From contig RFKQ01000092.1 in NCBI GenBank assembly GCA_003694635.1, positions 1-47,926 of the forward strand: a stretch of 47,926 nucleotides of DNA, written 5' to 3'. The DNA comes from Planctomycetota bacterium (GTDB lineage: Bacteria; Planctomycetota; J132). Each line of letters opens with the position of its first letter. Position 1 is the first letter of the stretch. Shown piece after piece: positions 38,201 to 47,899 of the stretch. Made by a program: the position numbers and the translations under genes. The notes below the pieces were generated by a model. That model ran no database searches. It saw only the letters and a list, made by a program, of their open reading frames with translations, and was not told the origin of the DNA.

Positions 38201-40453
38201 CATGAATAAGCTAATCCACTTGCCTAAAACCCAGCCCGGGGGAATGTAAAACAACCTCAAATAATGCCTGCCGGAGGGTACCGTTATCGCTCGAAAAAGA
38301 ATATTCGCAGGATAAATCTCCGTTTCCTCTCCATCCAAAATGGCCCTCCAACCAGGTGCATAACTATCCAAAATCAGCAACCAAGCCGGCTGAGACGTTT
38401 CCAATTCCAACTGGAGAAAGTTATAGCCATAATTCACTAGACGAATATTTTGATGGCGCGCCACCGTTGTTTCCCAAGATCTCCCCTCCCCTTGCTTTTC
38501 GATCACCACCATTTTGGAATAGGGGAGACGTTTGATGACTTTTGTAGCTTCCTTGAGATTTTTTACAAAAATAGCTTTGTAAAAAAATTTATAGCGAGGC
38601 ATAGGATTTATCGTTTTATACCAGGCAAAGCCCTTTTGATCTGAGTGATAATATAATCTAAAATTTGGGTTGAGCTGAATAGAGGAAAAAAGAGGCTTCT
38701 TCTCATAAGGGCTGATCAAGTAGTGAGTATTGGTCATTTTATAAAAGCTCACCGCCTCCAATGTTTCCTTAAGCTTATACCACCGCAAAAAGGCAAACGT
38801 GGAATACCCATCCGCCGTCTCATATCCATACGCTGCGCTGAGATTTAGCCCCATGGTCTCTCGGCCTATCTGAAGCATCACCGGAACACTAGGCTGCTGA
38901 TTTCCTAGCATCAAATGATCTTTGGGAAAACGACTAATTCGAAATGAATATAGCTTTGGCTTGGGCAACGGAGAAGAAATAGTAAGATTGTAAATCCTAG
39001 GTGAAGCCAACGGCAGCTCCCGCTGATGAAGAGAAAGCAAATCCCCTAGCGATATCCCTAAAACAAGCGCCAAAGCCAGAGAGGATCTTCGCCAAAACAA
39101 GGCAACACAGAGTAAGAAAAACAGACTGGCAAATCTGAGTAAAGCCTTCTGAGATACAAATAACTCTTTTCCCCGATACACAGGAGCTAGTTCTGGAAGC
39201 GGTAAAATCCACCAAACCAATATCGAAATGGCCAAAAACGATATCAAATGGCCTTTGGCGAACTCTCTTGCAGGAAATAGCATATCCAACCCTTTTCCGG
39301 CTAAGAGGGATGCAGAAAGGGTTAACCAGAATAAAAATTTTTCTGGATATCGAAATTTTTTAAAAAAAGGCAAGACTTCTTGCAAAATACCATAAAGAGG
39401 AGTATAGCTCCCCAAACTAATTAAAAAAGACACAAGCGCTAGGATAACCCAAAAATTTGTTTCTAAATAACGTCTTTGCTGTCCCTTTAGCCGAACACTA
39501 GCCCATATCGCCAAACACACCGCGCCTAACCCAAAGTACACAGAAGTAGTCCAGCTAATGGAAAACATATTTGAGTCCTCCACGTAGTGCGTAAGATGAG
39601 GGTCTAAACCAAAAAGTCCAGGGATAAGAAAAAGTGGGAGACGTATAAGTTCCAAGTTCCAAAAGTCACCTGATGCTTTGTATTGGCTTAGCTGAGCACT
39701 CTGAAGAAGAAAAAACGTAGGGACCCACTGACATGCGGAAATGGCGGCTCCCAAACCCATGATAAAAAAATAGAATTTAAAAAACTCTTTTGGTTTTTTA
39801 CGACGATAGGCTAGCAGATGAAAAAACAAAAAAATCGCTGTAAAATAAGACGCAAAAATGTCCCCCGAAAGCACCATCAGCCCAAAAACTATCCCTCCGC
39901 CCCCCCCCCACCGCCAGCGCTGCCTTCCTTGGGCAAGCTCCAGCTTTTTCCATATTCCAAATAGCAGAGGTATCCAGACAATCGCTCGGAACTTCATAAG
40001 GTTGATCACAGAGACAAAATATCCACTAAATGTAAAGGTTATCGCGGTGAAATACGCTCCCGGCGGACGTACTCCATAACTTCTGGCTAGGAAATAGCTG
40101 TTGAGAAAGGCTATGATAAAATGAGAAAGGAAAAAAAAACGAACGGCATCTTCAAAGCGAAAAAATAGAAAGATCCATTGGAAAGGATAAAAACAAGCAT
40201 TGGTTGCATCCGCTAAAAAAGGAGTTCCGCACTGCAAATAGGGATTCCAAAAGGGTAGCTCCCCCTTCTGAAAAGCCCAAGAATGAAAGGTAATGTTGGG
40301 AAAATTATAGAAGTAAAAATCTCGAAAAAAAGGCACTTTGCCCCCAAACACCATCCCATAGTTAAAAAATAATACCACAAAAATAGCCACCAGTCCCACC
40401 TGGCAAAAGGGCAAAAAAACAATCCAATCCTTTAATTTTTTATTGCTCTTCAT
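38117..40453 (-). CDS. YfhO-family multi-pass membrane protein (GT-C-like)
   Basis: GELPFWNPYLQCGTPFLAD...FYP, FRYPEKF, C-terminal DSYAPGWRAILDG...ANILFRAITVPSGRH...YIP. Confidence 0.88.
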   Translation of the reverse strand: MKSNKKLKDWIVFLPFCQVGLVAIFVVLFFNYGMVFGGKVPFFRDFYFYNFPNITFHSWAFQKGELPFWNPYLQCGTPFLADATNACFYPFQWIFLFFRFEDAVRFFFLSHFIIAFLNSYFLARSYGVRPPGAYFTAITFTFSGYFVSVINLMKFRAIVWIPLLFGIWKKLELAQGRQRWRWGGGGGIVFGLMVLSGDIFASYFTAIFLFFHLLAYRRKKPKEFFKFYFFIMGLGAAISACQWVPTFFLLQSAQLSQYKASGDFWNLELIRLPLFLIPGLFGLDPHLTHYVEDSNMFSISWTTSVYFGLGAVCLAIWASVRLKGQQRRYLETNFWVILALVSFLISLGSYTPLYGILQEVLPFFKKFRYPEKFLFWLTLSASLLAGKGLDMLFPAREFAKGHLISFLAISILVWWILPLPELAPVYRGKELFVSQKALLRFASLFFLLCVALFWRRSSLALALVLGISLGDLLSLHQRELPLASPRIYNLTISSPLPKPKLYSFRISRFPKDHLMLGNQQPSVPVMLQIGRETMGLNLSAAYGYETADGYSTFAFLRWYKLKETLEAVSFYKMTNTHYLISPYEKKPLFSSIQLNPNFRLYYHSDQKGFAWYKTINPMPRYKFFYKAIFVKNLKEATKVIKRLPYSKMVVIEKQGEGRSWETTVARHQNIRLVNYGYNFLQLELETSQPAWLLILDSYAPGWRAILDGEETEIYPANILFRAITVPSGRHYLRLFYIPPGWVLGKWISLFMLGGIGIWLVWEFFFALRKLNTTAGEVV

Positions 40454-40731
40454 CGCAGTATTTCCTGACGATTTTTAAAATCATAAAAAAAGATAACATC
40501 CATTCTCAAAATTCACTTACCATCCAACTCAAAATATAAAAAAAATGGCTATTTTCAACACTCAGGCCTGTTTTTATAAGATAGATCATAGAAAAACGGC
40601 AGTTAGACGGAAACATAATCTTGCAACCAAGATCCTTCTCCTCGCACACTGGAAAATTTCTGAAATATTTTTATCATATCCTCCAGCGCATGAAGAAAAG
40701 CATTTGACCTTGCAGAAGAAGGAGGAAGGCG

Positions 40732-42675
40732 ATGCCTCATCCAAGCGAAATCTCAAATGTTGTGGTCGGTGGAGCTGATCTAAGAGTGGAGGAAATTCTG
40801 GCGGTGAGCAGTTGGGGAGCAACGGTGGAACTGGATGAGGCGGCCATAGAACGAGTGGAGGAATGCCGCCAAGTGGTGGATATCCTTGTAGAGCAAGAGA
40901 CCGTGGCGTATGGGATCAACACAGGTTTCGGTGCCCTGCGGGATAAAACCATTTCCAAGGATTTGGTGAGAAAGCTGCAGAGAAATCTCATCCGCTCCCA
41001 TGCCTGTGGAGTGGGAAAGCCGTTGGGAGAAGATCTAGTTCGGGCAATCATACTTTTGCGCGCCAACACGCTAGCCAAGGGCCACTCCGGGGTGCGATCC
41101 AAGCTCATTCAAGGCTTGTTGGACCTACTCAATCTCAAGATTTATCCCTACATTCCAGAAAAGGGCAGCGTGGGCTCTAGCGGAGATTTAGCTCCTCTTT
41201 CCCACCTTGCGCTGGTGCTAATGGGCGACGAATATGGCCGTTTTCTACCACCTAGTTATGAGAAAAAGGCGGTAAATTCTTGGCGAGATTTTTTGCCTTC
41301 TACCAAAGAAAATCTACGAAAATGCGGATTTACACCTCTGGAGTTGGAGGCCAAAGAGGGTTTAGCCTTAAACAATGGGACTCAGTTTATTGCTTCTGTG
41401 GCGGCGTTTGTACTCTATGAGGCGAAAATCCTTTTAAAAGCAGCGGAATATGCTTTAAGCTTAAGCATAGAGGCAATCCAAGGCGTAAGAGATGTATTTT
41501 CTCCCCAGCTCTATGAGGTGAGAGATCATCCCTATCAAAAGCAGGTTGCCAAGCGAATGCTCGCTTATACAAAGGGAAGTGAGATTTTGAACACTCCGCT
41601 CAATACCGCTTATATCCATCGAAGTATTTTTGAGCTGCAAGAGGCCTACCACTGGCTTGAGGATAAGCACTCTAAAAAGAGACTGTGGGGACTGATAGAA
41701 GATTTAGAAGCCTTTTTGGGTTCTCTATCGCCTGTATCGGAGGGGATATCCTATGAAGAGGGTAGAGGGCTTTTTTTAAAAGATCTTGAGAAGTTGCAAA
41801 GAAGTTTGTTAAATTTGCAAAAGGAATTTTTGTCCAGATTTCAGCAAAAAGATTTTTATAAACTTTCCCAATGCCTTAGCTCGGTGCAAAAAAATCTCTA
41901 CCTCTCCCTTCCCCTCACTCGTCCTGTCCAGGACGATTACTCGTTTCGCTGCGGCTTGCAGGTTTTAGCGGCGGCGTATCAGGCACTGGAGGCCCTGGAG
42001 AGAGTTTGCCATGTGGAATTCAATGGAGCGACGGACAATCCACTGATTTTCGCTCCAAAGCGGAAAGACGCCGAAAAGGGCTCCTATCATTCTTTTTTGG
42101 AGAAAAATCTTCCCCTTTGCGAGAGGGCCATTCTTTCGGGAGGGAATTTTTATGGCGAGCCGTTAGGTTTGGTTTTGGATTATGTCGGGGTGGCTTTGGC
42201 AGAAGTAGGAAATATTGCTGAGAGGCGAGTGGCTCATTTGGTGGATGCAGCGTTGAGCAATGGTTTACCACCTTTTTTAACCCCTCGTGCGGGGGTGGAA
42301 AGCGGTTTTATGATTGGCCAGTACACCGCGGCGGCGTTGGTTTCTGAGAATAAAATCCTTTGCCATCCCGCTTCGTCGGATAGTATTCCCACCAGTGCCA
42401 ACGCAGAAGATCATGTATCTATGGCCTCGATTGCCGCGCGAAAGTGCTTTCAGATTTTGGGCAATGTGCGTAGAATAATTGCCATTGAGTTTTTAGCAGC
42501 TGCCCAAGGAGTGGAGTTTCGCAAACCTTTTTTACCCTCCAAGCAGGGCCAAAAAATTCTAGAAATTCTAAAAGAACACGGCTGGTCACCTCTTCAAGAG
42601 GATCGCCCATTGTACCAAGAAATTGAGAGGGTAGCGGAGTGCATCGCTTTAGAAGCCTTTTCTAATCCAACCTAG
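40732..42675 (+). CDS. hutH: Histidine ammonia-lyase with a large internal insertion
   Basis: YGINTGFG, LIRSHACG, GSVGSSGDLAPL (MIO), KEGLALNNGT, QDDYSFRC, DNP, EDHVSM. Confidence 0.88.
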   Translation: MPHPSEISNVVVGGADLRVEEILAVSSWGATVELDEAAIERVEECRQVVDILVEQETVAYGINTGFGALRDKTISKDLVRKLQRNLIRSHACGVGKPLGEDLVRAIILLRANTLAKGHSGVRSKLIQGLLDLLNLKIYPYIPEKGSVGSSGDLAPLSHLALVLMGDEYGRFLPPSYEKKAVNSWRDFLPSTKENLRKCGFTPLELEAKEGLALNNGTQFIASVAAFVLYEAKILLKAAEYALSLSIEAIQGVRDVFSPQLYEVRDHPYQKQVAKRMLAYTKGSEILNTPLNTAYIHRSIFELQEAYHWLEDKHSKKRLWGLIEDLEAFLGSLSPVSEGISYEEGRGLFLKDLEKLQRSLLNLQKEFLSRFQQKDFYKLSQCLSSVQKNLYLSLPLTRPVQDDYSFRCGLQVLAAAYQALEALERVCHVEFNGATDNPLIFAPKRKDAEKGSYHSFLEKNLPLCERAILSGGNFYGEPLGLVLDYVGVALAEVGNIAERRVAHLVDAALSNGLPPFLTPRAGVESGFMIGQYTAAALVSENKILCHPASSDSIPTSANAEDHVSMASIAARKCFQILGNVRRIIAIEFLAAAQGVEFRKPFLPSKQGQKILEILKEHGWSPLQEDRPLYQEIERVAECIALEAFSNPT

Positions 42676-42743
42676 GGCTGTTTTTCACTTAAGCACAAAA
42701 GTAATTTCAAAACGTTTAAAAGGCGTTTCCAAAAGGCGGTTGT

Positions 42744-45392
42744 ATGAGAAAGCTGGCGGAATGGATTCTAGAGTTTCCCAAAACACTCTTGGGAATTTTT
42801 GTATTTTGTGCCATTGTTTCTGCCTATCTTACAGCGAAGATTCCGTTTGATTTTTCCACAGAATCCCTTTTTGTATCCAACGATCCCCAGAGGCGAATAT
42901 TAGAGAAATTTAAAAAAATTTATGGCAATGATGACAATTTTATTTTCATTGCCTTTGAGCATCCTCATTTATTTAAGTTGGGGATGTTGGAAAAGATTCG
43001 GGAGTTGGAAAAGGATCTGGAAGAGGTGGAGGAAGTGGAGCAGACGTTTTCGTTGGTGGATGTGGTGATGCTAGAGGAGGTGTGGCTAAGCTTTGAGGAG
43101 GTTTTGCGATCGAAGGAGTTGGTGCTTCCGCGGGAGTGGAAGGAGGCCGAGGTGAGGTTGGAACGACTGTTAGAGGATTTTGAGAAGCGCTACCCTCGTT
43201 TTCGCAAGAGAGTGGAGGGAATCCTTTATCGAAATCTTTCCGATGACGCCAAAAAGGCGTTGGCGTCTCAGTTGGCCATGCGATCGATGATGCCGGGGGC
43301 GCCGATTCGTCGCAGCGAAATCTACAAGCAAGTCTATCGCCAGCTTCCCCTAAAAAGAAGGCAAAAGATTCTGAGAGAGATTCTATCCGAAGTGGAGCTT
43401 GCCCCGCTGTTGTACTATTCTGAGCGGCGGCTGGGGAAAGTTTTGGAGCGGATTTTGCGCCAACGTCGTTTACCAAGAAGTCAGAAAAGGCTAGAGCGCA
43501 TTCGACCAAGGGTTTTGAAAAATCGTTTATATGCAAAGAACATCGTTTCTGAGGATGGCAAAAGCACGGGGATTTTGCTGATTTTAAACCCTCATCTTCA
43601 CACCAATGCCAAGCGGGTATTGGTAATAAAGAAAATTCAAGCAGTGTTAGATAAAGACCGCTACCAAGAGCTTGCCCCGTTTTATTTAGCGGGAATTCCC
43701 GTGGTACGTACGGAGTACGCAAGGCTAATTAGCCGGGATCATTTGACATTTTTGCCGATTATTCTTCCCCTATTTTGTTTATTTTTGTATGTGAATTTCC
43801 GCAATTTTTTTCAGATGGTGGTACCTTTGTTGGTGGTGGGGGCGTCGGTAGTTTGGACCTTAGGTTTTATGCAGTTGATGGGGGAGTCGATCAACATACT
43901 TTCCAACGTAATTTACGTTTTAATTTTGGTGATAGGAGTGGCTTCCTCCATCCACGTTATCACGTGTTATAACACTGAGTTAGCGGCTTTTAAAAACAAG
44001 CGAGAGGCTGTGATAAGCACGATGGTGCACATGGGGAAGGCGTGTTTTTTTACATGTTTTACCACCGCGATAGGTTTTCTCTCACTAGCGGTGACGGACA
44101 TTCGCATCATTCGCAGTTTTGGGATTTTTTCTGCCATTGGGGTGATGCTTACCTTTGTAGCGGCGGCGTTTCTTTTGCCCATGGTTTTATTTTTTTTGCC
44201 TCTCCCCAATCTTCGTCGGCAGGAGCAAAACCTGGATCACCGGTTGATTAAACGCATTTTATGGAAGGTAGGTTATTTTAACAGCCGTTATCCTTATCTT
44301 TTGGTGGGTTTTATTTTTTTGCTCACTCTTTTTTGGATATATTTTATTCTGTTTTACTTGGTGATTGACACGCACATGTTGGAGGAGGTATCGGAGACAA
44401 ATCCTGTGGTATTGGCCAATCATTTTGTGGAGAAAAAGTTGGCGGGGGTATTGCCATTGGAGATTTTGCTTAAAGAGAAGCAGCCTTCTCTTTTGAAAAG
44501 GCCGGAGGAGTTAAGGAAGTTGGAGGCGGTGCAGGAGTATATTCGCCAGAAAAAAATGGTTTCTACGGTGGTTTCTTTTGTGGACTTGGTGAAGATGGCC
44601 AATGATTACTTATCCGGGCATTTTGCGGGTGGGGAGAAAGTTCCGGAGGATCCGGCATTGATTTCCAAGCTTTACCATCTTTTGGAGCGATTTTATCAGC
44701 GTAGGGAGTTTGGGGTTCGTCTTCATCACAGGGAGGGGGAGAAGCTAGTGTTGAGAATAACGGCTCGACTGCGTGATGATGGCTCCAATGCGCACTTTGC
44801 GCTGATTCAGGATATTGAGCGTAAGATGAGGGAATATTTTCCCTCTGAGCGGTACGAGATTATCTTCACAGGCGAGCCTCATATGGCGTCGGTATTGATC
44901 AAAAGGTTAGTGCATGGGATGTTGTCGAGTATTTTTTTGGCAGCGGGGATCATTTGCATTGTGATTTTGATTATTTTTCGCTCTTGGAAATTGGCGCTGT
45001 TGAGTATGGTACCGAATATTATTCCGATTATTTTCACATTAGGGATGATGGGTTTATTTGGTTTTGTTTTGCGCACTTCGACGGTGGTGATCTTTAGCAT
45101 TGCTTTGGGGATAGCGGTTGACGATACTATTCACTATTTAATCCGCTACAAGCATATGTTGCAGCGAGGTTTGGGGTACAAGCGGGCGATGTTTCACACG
45201 TTATTGACAACAGGCAAGGCGATGATTTGGACCTCGATTGTGATCTGCAGTGGTTTGTTTGTGCTGATAACTTCGAGTTTTTTAGCCACTTCTGATTTTG
45301 GGATTTTGGGGAGCATTACTTTGCTATCAGCGTTGTTGGGCGATTTGGTTTTATTGCCCGTGTTGTTGTTAATTTTCCGCCCTAGGATGTAG
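42744..45392 (+). CDS. MMPL/RND-family transporter
   Basis: Two repeats of TM1 + loop + 5 TM; FTTAIGFLSL, GIAVDDTIH, TGKAM. Confidence 0.9.
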   Translation: MRKLAEWILEFPKTLLGIFVFCAIVSAYLTAKIPFDFSTESLFVSNDPQRRILEKFKKIYGNDDNFIFIAFEHPHLFKLGMLEKIRELEKDLEEVEEVEQTFSLVDVVMLEEVWLSFEEVLRSKELVLPREWKEAEVRLERLLEDFEKRYPRFRKRVEGILYRNLSDDAKKALASQLAMRSMMPGAPIRRSEIYKQVYRQLPLKRRQKILREILSEVELAPLLYYSERRLGKVLERILRQRRLPRSQKRLERIRPRVLKNRLYAKNIVSEDGKSTGILLILNPHLHTNAKRVLVIKKIQAVLDKDRYQELAPFYLAGIPVVRTEYARLISRDHLTFLPIILPLFCLFLYVNFRNFFQMVVPLLVVGASVVWTLGFMQLMGESINILSNVIYVLILVIGVASSIHVITCYNTELAAFKNKREAVISTMVHMGKACFFTCFTTAIGFLSLAVTDIRIIRSFGIFSAIGVMLTFVAAAFLLPMVLFFLPLPNLRRQEQNLDHRLIKRILWKVGYFNSRYPYLLVGFIFLLTLFWIYFILFYLVIDTHMLEEVSETNPVVLANHFVEKKLAGVLPLEILLKEKQPSLLKRPEELRKLEAVQEYIRQKKMVSTVVSFVDLVKMANDYLSGHFAGGEKVPEDPALISKLYHLLERFYQRREFGVRLHHREGEKLVLRITARLRDDGSNAHFALIQDIERKMREYFPSERYEIIFTGEPHMASVLIKRLVHGMLSSIFLAAGIICIVILIIFRSWKLALLSMVPNIIPIIFTLGMMGLFGFVLRTSTVVIFSIALGIAVDDTIHYLIRYKHMLQRGLGYKRAMFHTLLTTGKAMIWTSIVICSGLFVLITSSFLATSDFGILGSITLLSALLGDLVLLPVLLLIFRPRM

Positions 45393-45539
45393 GAGGAAGC
45401 TGGAGGAGTGTTGAACTTTTTGTTTGGGTTGCTATACTGTTGAGGAATTCAGGTTGGTTTTGGAAGGAGGAGTTTTTTTGTTTTACGAGGAGAAGAGGCT
45501 TGATTGATTTTCATCCTAGAGCTGGGGAGTTGGTGAGAG

Positions 45540-46925
45540 ATGCAAGATATTTTGCGCCATTTGCCGAAGATGGATGAGTTTTTAACTCGGTGGGGGGAGG
45601 AGTTTTCTGCGGAGAGTATCAAATTGGCGGCGAAAAGGGAGCTGGATTGTTTGCGAGAGGAGGTCCTTCGTGGGGAGAGGGAGTGGGATAGGGAGCAATT
45701 GCGCCAGAGGGCTTTTGAGGGGGTACGGGCGCGTTTGGTGGAGTTGGCTCGTCCTTTTCTTCGGGAGGTGATCAATGCCACGGGGATTATTTTGCACACG
45801 GGTTTAGGGCGTGCGGTGTTGCCCTTGGTGGCGCGGGAGGGGTTGGTGGAGTGCGGTGGAGCGGGTTTATTGGAGGTGGACAGACACAGTGGCAAGCGAG
45901 GGGTTCGGGAAAAGGTGGTGGCTCAGCTTTTGTGCGAGCTAACGGGTGCGGAGGCGGCCACGGTGGTAAACAACAATGCGGCGGCGGTTTTATTGGCGTT
46001 GCGGGCTTTGGCGGCGGGGAGGGAGGTGGTGATTAGCCGTGGGCAGATGGTGGAGATTGGGGGGAGTTTTCGCATCCCCGAGGTGATGGCTCAGAGTGGC
46101 TGTATTTTGGTGGAGGTGGGGTGCACCAACCGGACGCATCCGCGGGATTATGAGGAGGCCATTGGGGAAAGGACGGCGTTGTTGTTGGAGGTACATCCGT
46201 CGAATTATCGGGTGGAAGGGTTTACGGCTTCTGTGGACACGAGGACGTTGGTTGAGATTGGTCGTCGGCGGGGTGTGCCGGTAATGTGTGATTTGGGGAG
46301 TGGTTGTTTGGTGGATTTAGAGCGGTATGGACTGCCCCATGAGCCAACGGTTCAGGAGAAGATGGAGAGTGGGGTGGACTTGGCTACGTTTAGTGGGGAC
46401 AAGTTGTTGGGGGGGCCGCAGGCGGGGATTTTGGTAGGGAAGCGTTCGTTGATTGAGAAGGTTCGGCGCCATCCTTTATTTCGGGCTTTGCGTCCGTGCA
46501 AGTTGACGTTAGGGGCGTTGGAGAGGACGTTGAGGGTATATCGTTGTTCTCCCCGTTTGGAGGTAGAGTTGCCGGTGTTGCGGATGTTGACGTTAGGGCA
46601 AGAAGAGATTGCCGAGCGGGTGGAGGCCTTTTGTCAGAGGGTGTCTTCTTGTTGGGAGGTGGAGAGGGTGGAGGGGGTATCTTGTGTAGGGAGTGGGGCT
46701 TTACCGGGGTTGGAGTTGCCGACGGTGTTGGTGTCTTTGCGTTGGCCGGGCAAGTCGGCGGAGGAGGTATCGGGGGCGTTGCGGGGGAGTGAGCCACCGG
46801 TTTTTGGTCGAATTCAGGGGGAGCGGGTGTTATTGGATTTCCGCACCGTTTGGCCTTCGCAGGAGGAGGGCTTATTGTCCGTTTTAAATGGTTTCACGTC
46901 TATGAATTTCCCAAAAGCAAAATAA
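45540..46925 (+). CDS. selA: L-seryl-tRNA(Sec) selenium transferase
   Basis: VINATGIILHTGLGRA, VVNNNAAAV, SRGQMVEIGGSFRIPEVM, EVGCTNRTH, DLGSG, FSGDKLLGGPQAG. Confidence 0.96.
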   Translation: MQDILRHLPKMDEFLTRWGEEFSAESIKLAAKRELDCLREEVLRGEREWDREQLRQRAFEGVRARLVELARPFLREVINATGIILHTGLGRAVLPLVAREGLVECGGAGLLEVDRHSGKRGVREKVVAQLLCELTGAEAATVVNNNAAAVLLALRALAAGREVVISRGQMVEIGGSFRIPEVMAQSGCILVEVGCTNRTHPRDYEEAIGERTALLLEVHPSNYRVEGFTASVDTRTLVEIGRRRGVPVMCDLGSGCLVDLERYGLPHEPTVQEKMESGVDLATFSGDKLLGGPQAGILVGKRSLIEKVRRHPLFRALRPCKLTLGALERTLRVYRCSPRLEVELPVLRMLTLGQEEIAERVEAFCQRVSSCWEVERVEGVSCVGSGALPGLELPTVLVSLRWPGKSAEEVSGALRGSEPPVFGRIQGERVLLDFRTVWPSQEEGLLSVLNGFTSMNFPKAK

Positions 46926-46978
46926 TGGCGAAAGCCGGTTATTGTCCGTTTTAGATGATTTTGTGCTCTAAGAATTTT
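46872..46978 (+). repeat. Direct duplication of the selA 3' end (67-bp period)
   Basis: TTATTGTCCGTTTTA is exact at 46872 and 46939, with further partial similarity over about 38 bp. Confidence 0.75.
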
Positions 46979-47018
46979 GAGTGGGGGGAGGAAGGGGGAG
47001 ATTTTTAAAAATCACCTC

Positions 47019-47046
47019 TTGCCAGAGGGGGAAAATGGATTATAAT
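47019..47046 (+). promoter_or_regulatory. Sigma70 promoter for acpP
   Basis: TTGCCA-N16-TATAAT, preceded by the perfect palindrome GATTTTTAAAAATC (47000-47013). Confidence 0.6.
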
Positions 47047-47138
47047 ACAGCATCTTCTGAAAGTTCTGGTGGATAGGATAGGGAGAGATGTATGTTGTGG
47101 TGGTATACTTAAATTATTTTGATAAGGAGAAGAAAGTT

Positions 47139-47384
47139 ATGTCTGAAGTACGAGAGAAAGCGTTAAAGATCATTTCCAATAGACTTGGTGTACCTGTGGA
47201 GAAGTTGAAGCCGGAGAATGAGTTTATGAAGGACTTGGGTGCGGATTCGTTGGAGATTGTGGATTTGGTGATGGAGTTTGAGGATGAGTTTGAGATCACC
47301 ATTCCGGATGAGGTGGCGCAGAAGATTCGAACGGTAGGTCAGGCGATTGAGCACATTGAGCAAGCGGTGAAGGAAAAGGGCTAA
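47139..47384 (+). CDS. acpP: Acyl carrier protein
   Basis: DLGADSLEIVDLVMEFEDEFEITIPDE; RBS AAGGAG before ATG 47139. Confidence 0.96.
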   Translation: MSEVREKALKIISNRLGVPVEKLKPENEFMKDLGADSLEIVDLVMEFEDEFEITIPDEVAQKIRTVGQAIEHIEQAVKEKG

Positions 47385-47396
47385 AGGGGAGATTTG

Positions 47397-47424
47397 AGCG
47401 GGCGAGAGAGCCCGCTAATTTTTT
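47397..47424 (+). terminator. Intrinsic terminator after acpP
   Basis: AGCGGGC-gagaga-GCCCGCT stem followed by AATTTTTT. Confidence 0.7.
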
Positions 47425-47473
47425 GCTTGTTTGGGTATGTTGTTTAGTGGAGTATGGAAGAGAGATAGAGAAA

Positions 47474-47899
47474 ATGAAGAGACGTGTTGTGATCACGGGG
47501 CTGGGGGTAGTTACGCCGTTAGGGCATCAGGTGGATGTGTATTGGAAGGGGTTATTGGAGGGGGCGAACGCGGTAGATACGTTGCAGAATTTTTCTCCAG
47601 AGCGGTTGTTGGTAAGGTTTGGGGCGGAGATAAGGGGATTTAATCCATTGGATTATTTTAGCAAATCCGAGGCAAATCGGATGGATAGGGTGAGTCATTT
47701 TGCGGTTGTGGCGGCGATGTCTGCGATAGAGGACAGTGGGCTTGAGTTGGAGAAGATGGTGGGATTTAGGAACAGAATCATCCATCGGTATTGGGAGGTA
47801 GATTTGGAAGAAGTGTATAGGATCTTCAAGGAGCGTATCGAAGACTTTAAGCGCTTTGAAAGGGAAATCATCAGGTTCATAGAGAGGCTACCTGATTGA
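47474..47899 (+). pseudogene. fabF: Truncated fabF (N-terminal ~94 aa) fused in frame to the C-terminal half of a HepT/DUF86 RNase
   Basis: MKRRVVITGLGVVTPLG...RMDRVSHFAVVAAMSAIEDSGL is FabF; from ~47756 MVGFRNRIIHRYWEVD is the HEPN R-X4-H-X-Y motif. No FabF catalytic Cys/His region is present. Confidence 0.8.

Noticed and set aside
40454-40731. oriC at the second skew transition
   Set aside because: No DnaA-box cluster seen and no dnaA, dnaN or gidA nearby; kept only as a hypothesis in findings.
41590-41925. HutH insertion as an intein
   Set aside because: No N-terminal Cys/Ser block, no His-Asn followed by Cys/Ser/Thr, and no LAGLIDADG motif.
46872-46978. selA repeat pair as a mini CRISPR array
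   Set aside because: Only two diverged copies, the first is coding, and there are no cas genes in the window.
45393-47138. tRNA-Sec (selC) or a SECIS-linked selenoprotein near selA
   Set aside because: No cloverleaf with a TCA anticodon in the flanking intergenic regions, and no convincing in-frame TGA read-through seen.
47756-47899. Functional MNT-HepT toxin-antitoxin or defence system
   Set aside because: Only the C-terminal half of HepT is present and there is no nucleotidyltransferase antitoxin gene.
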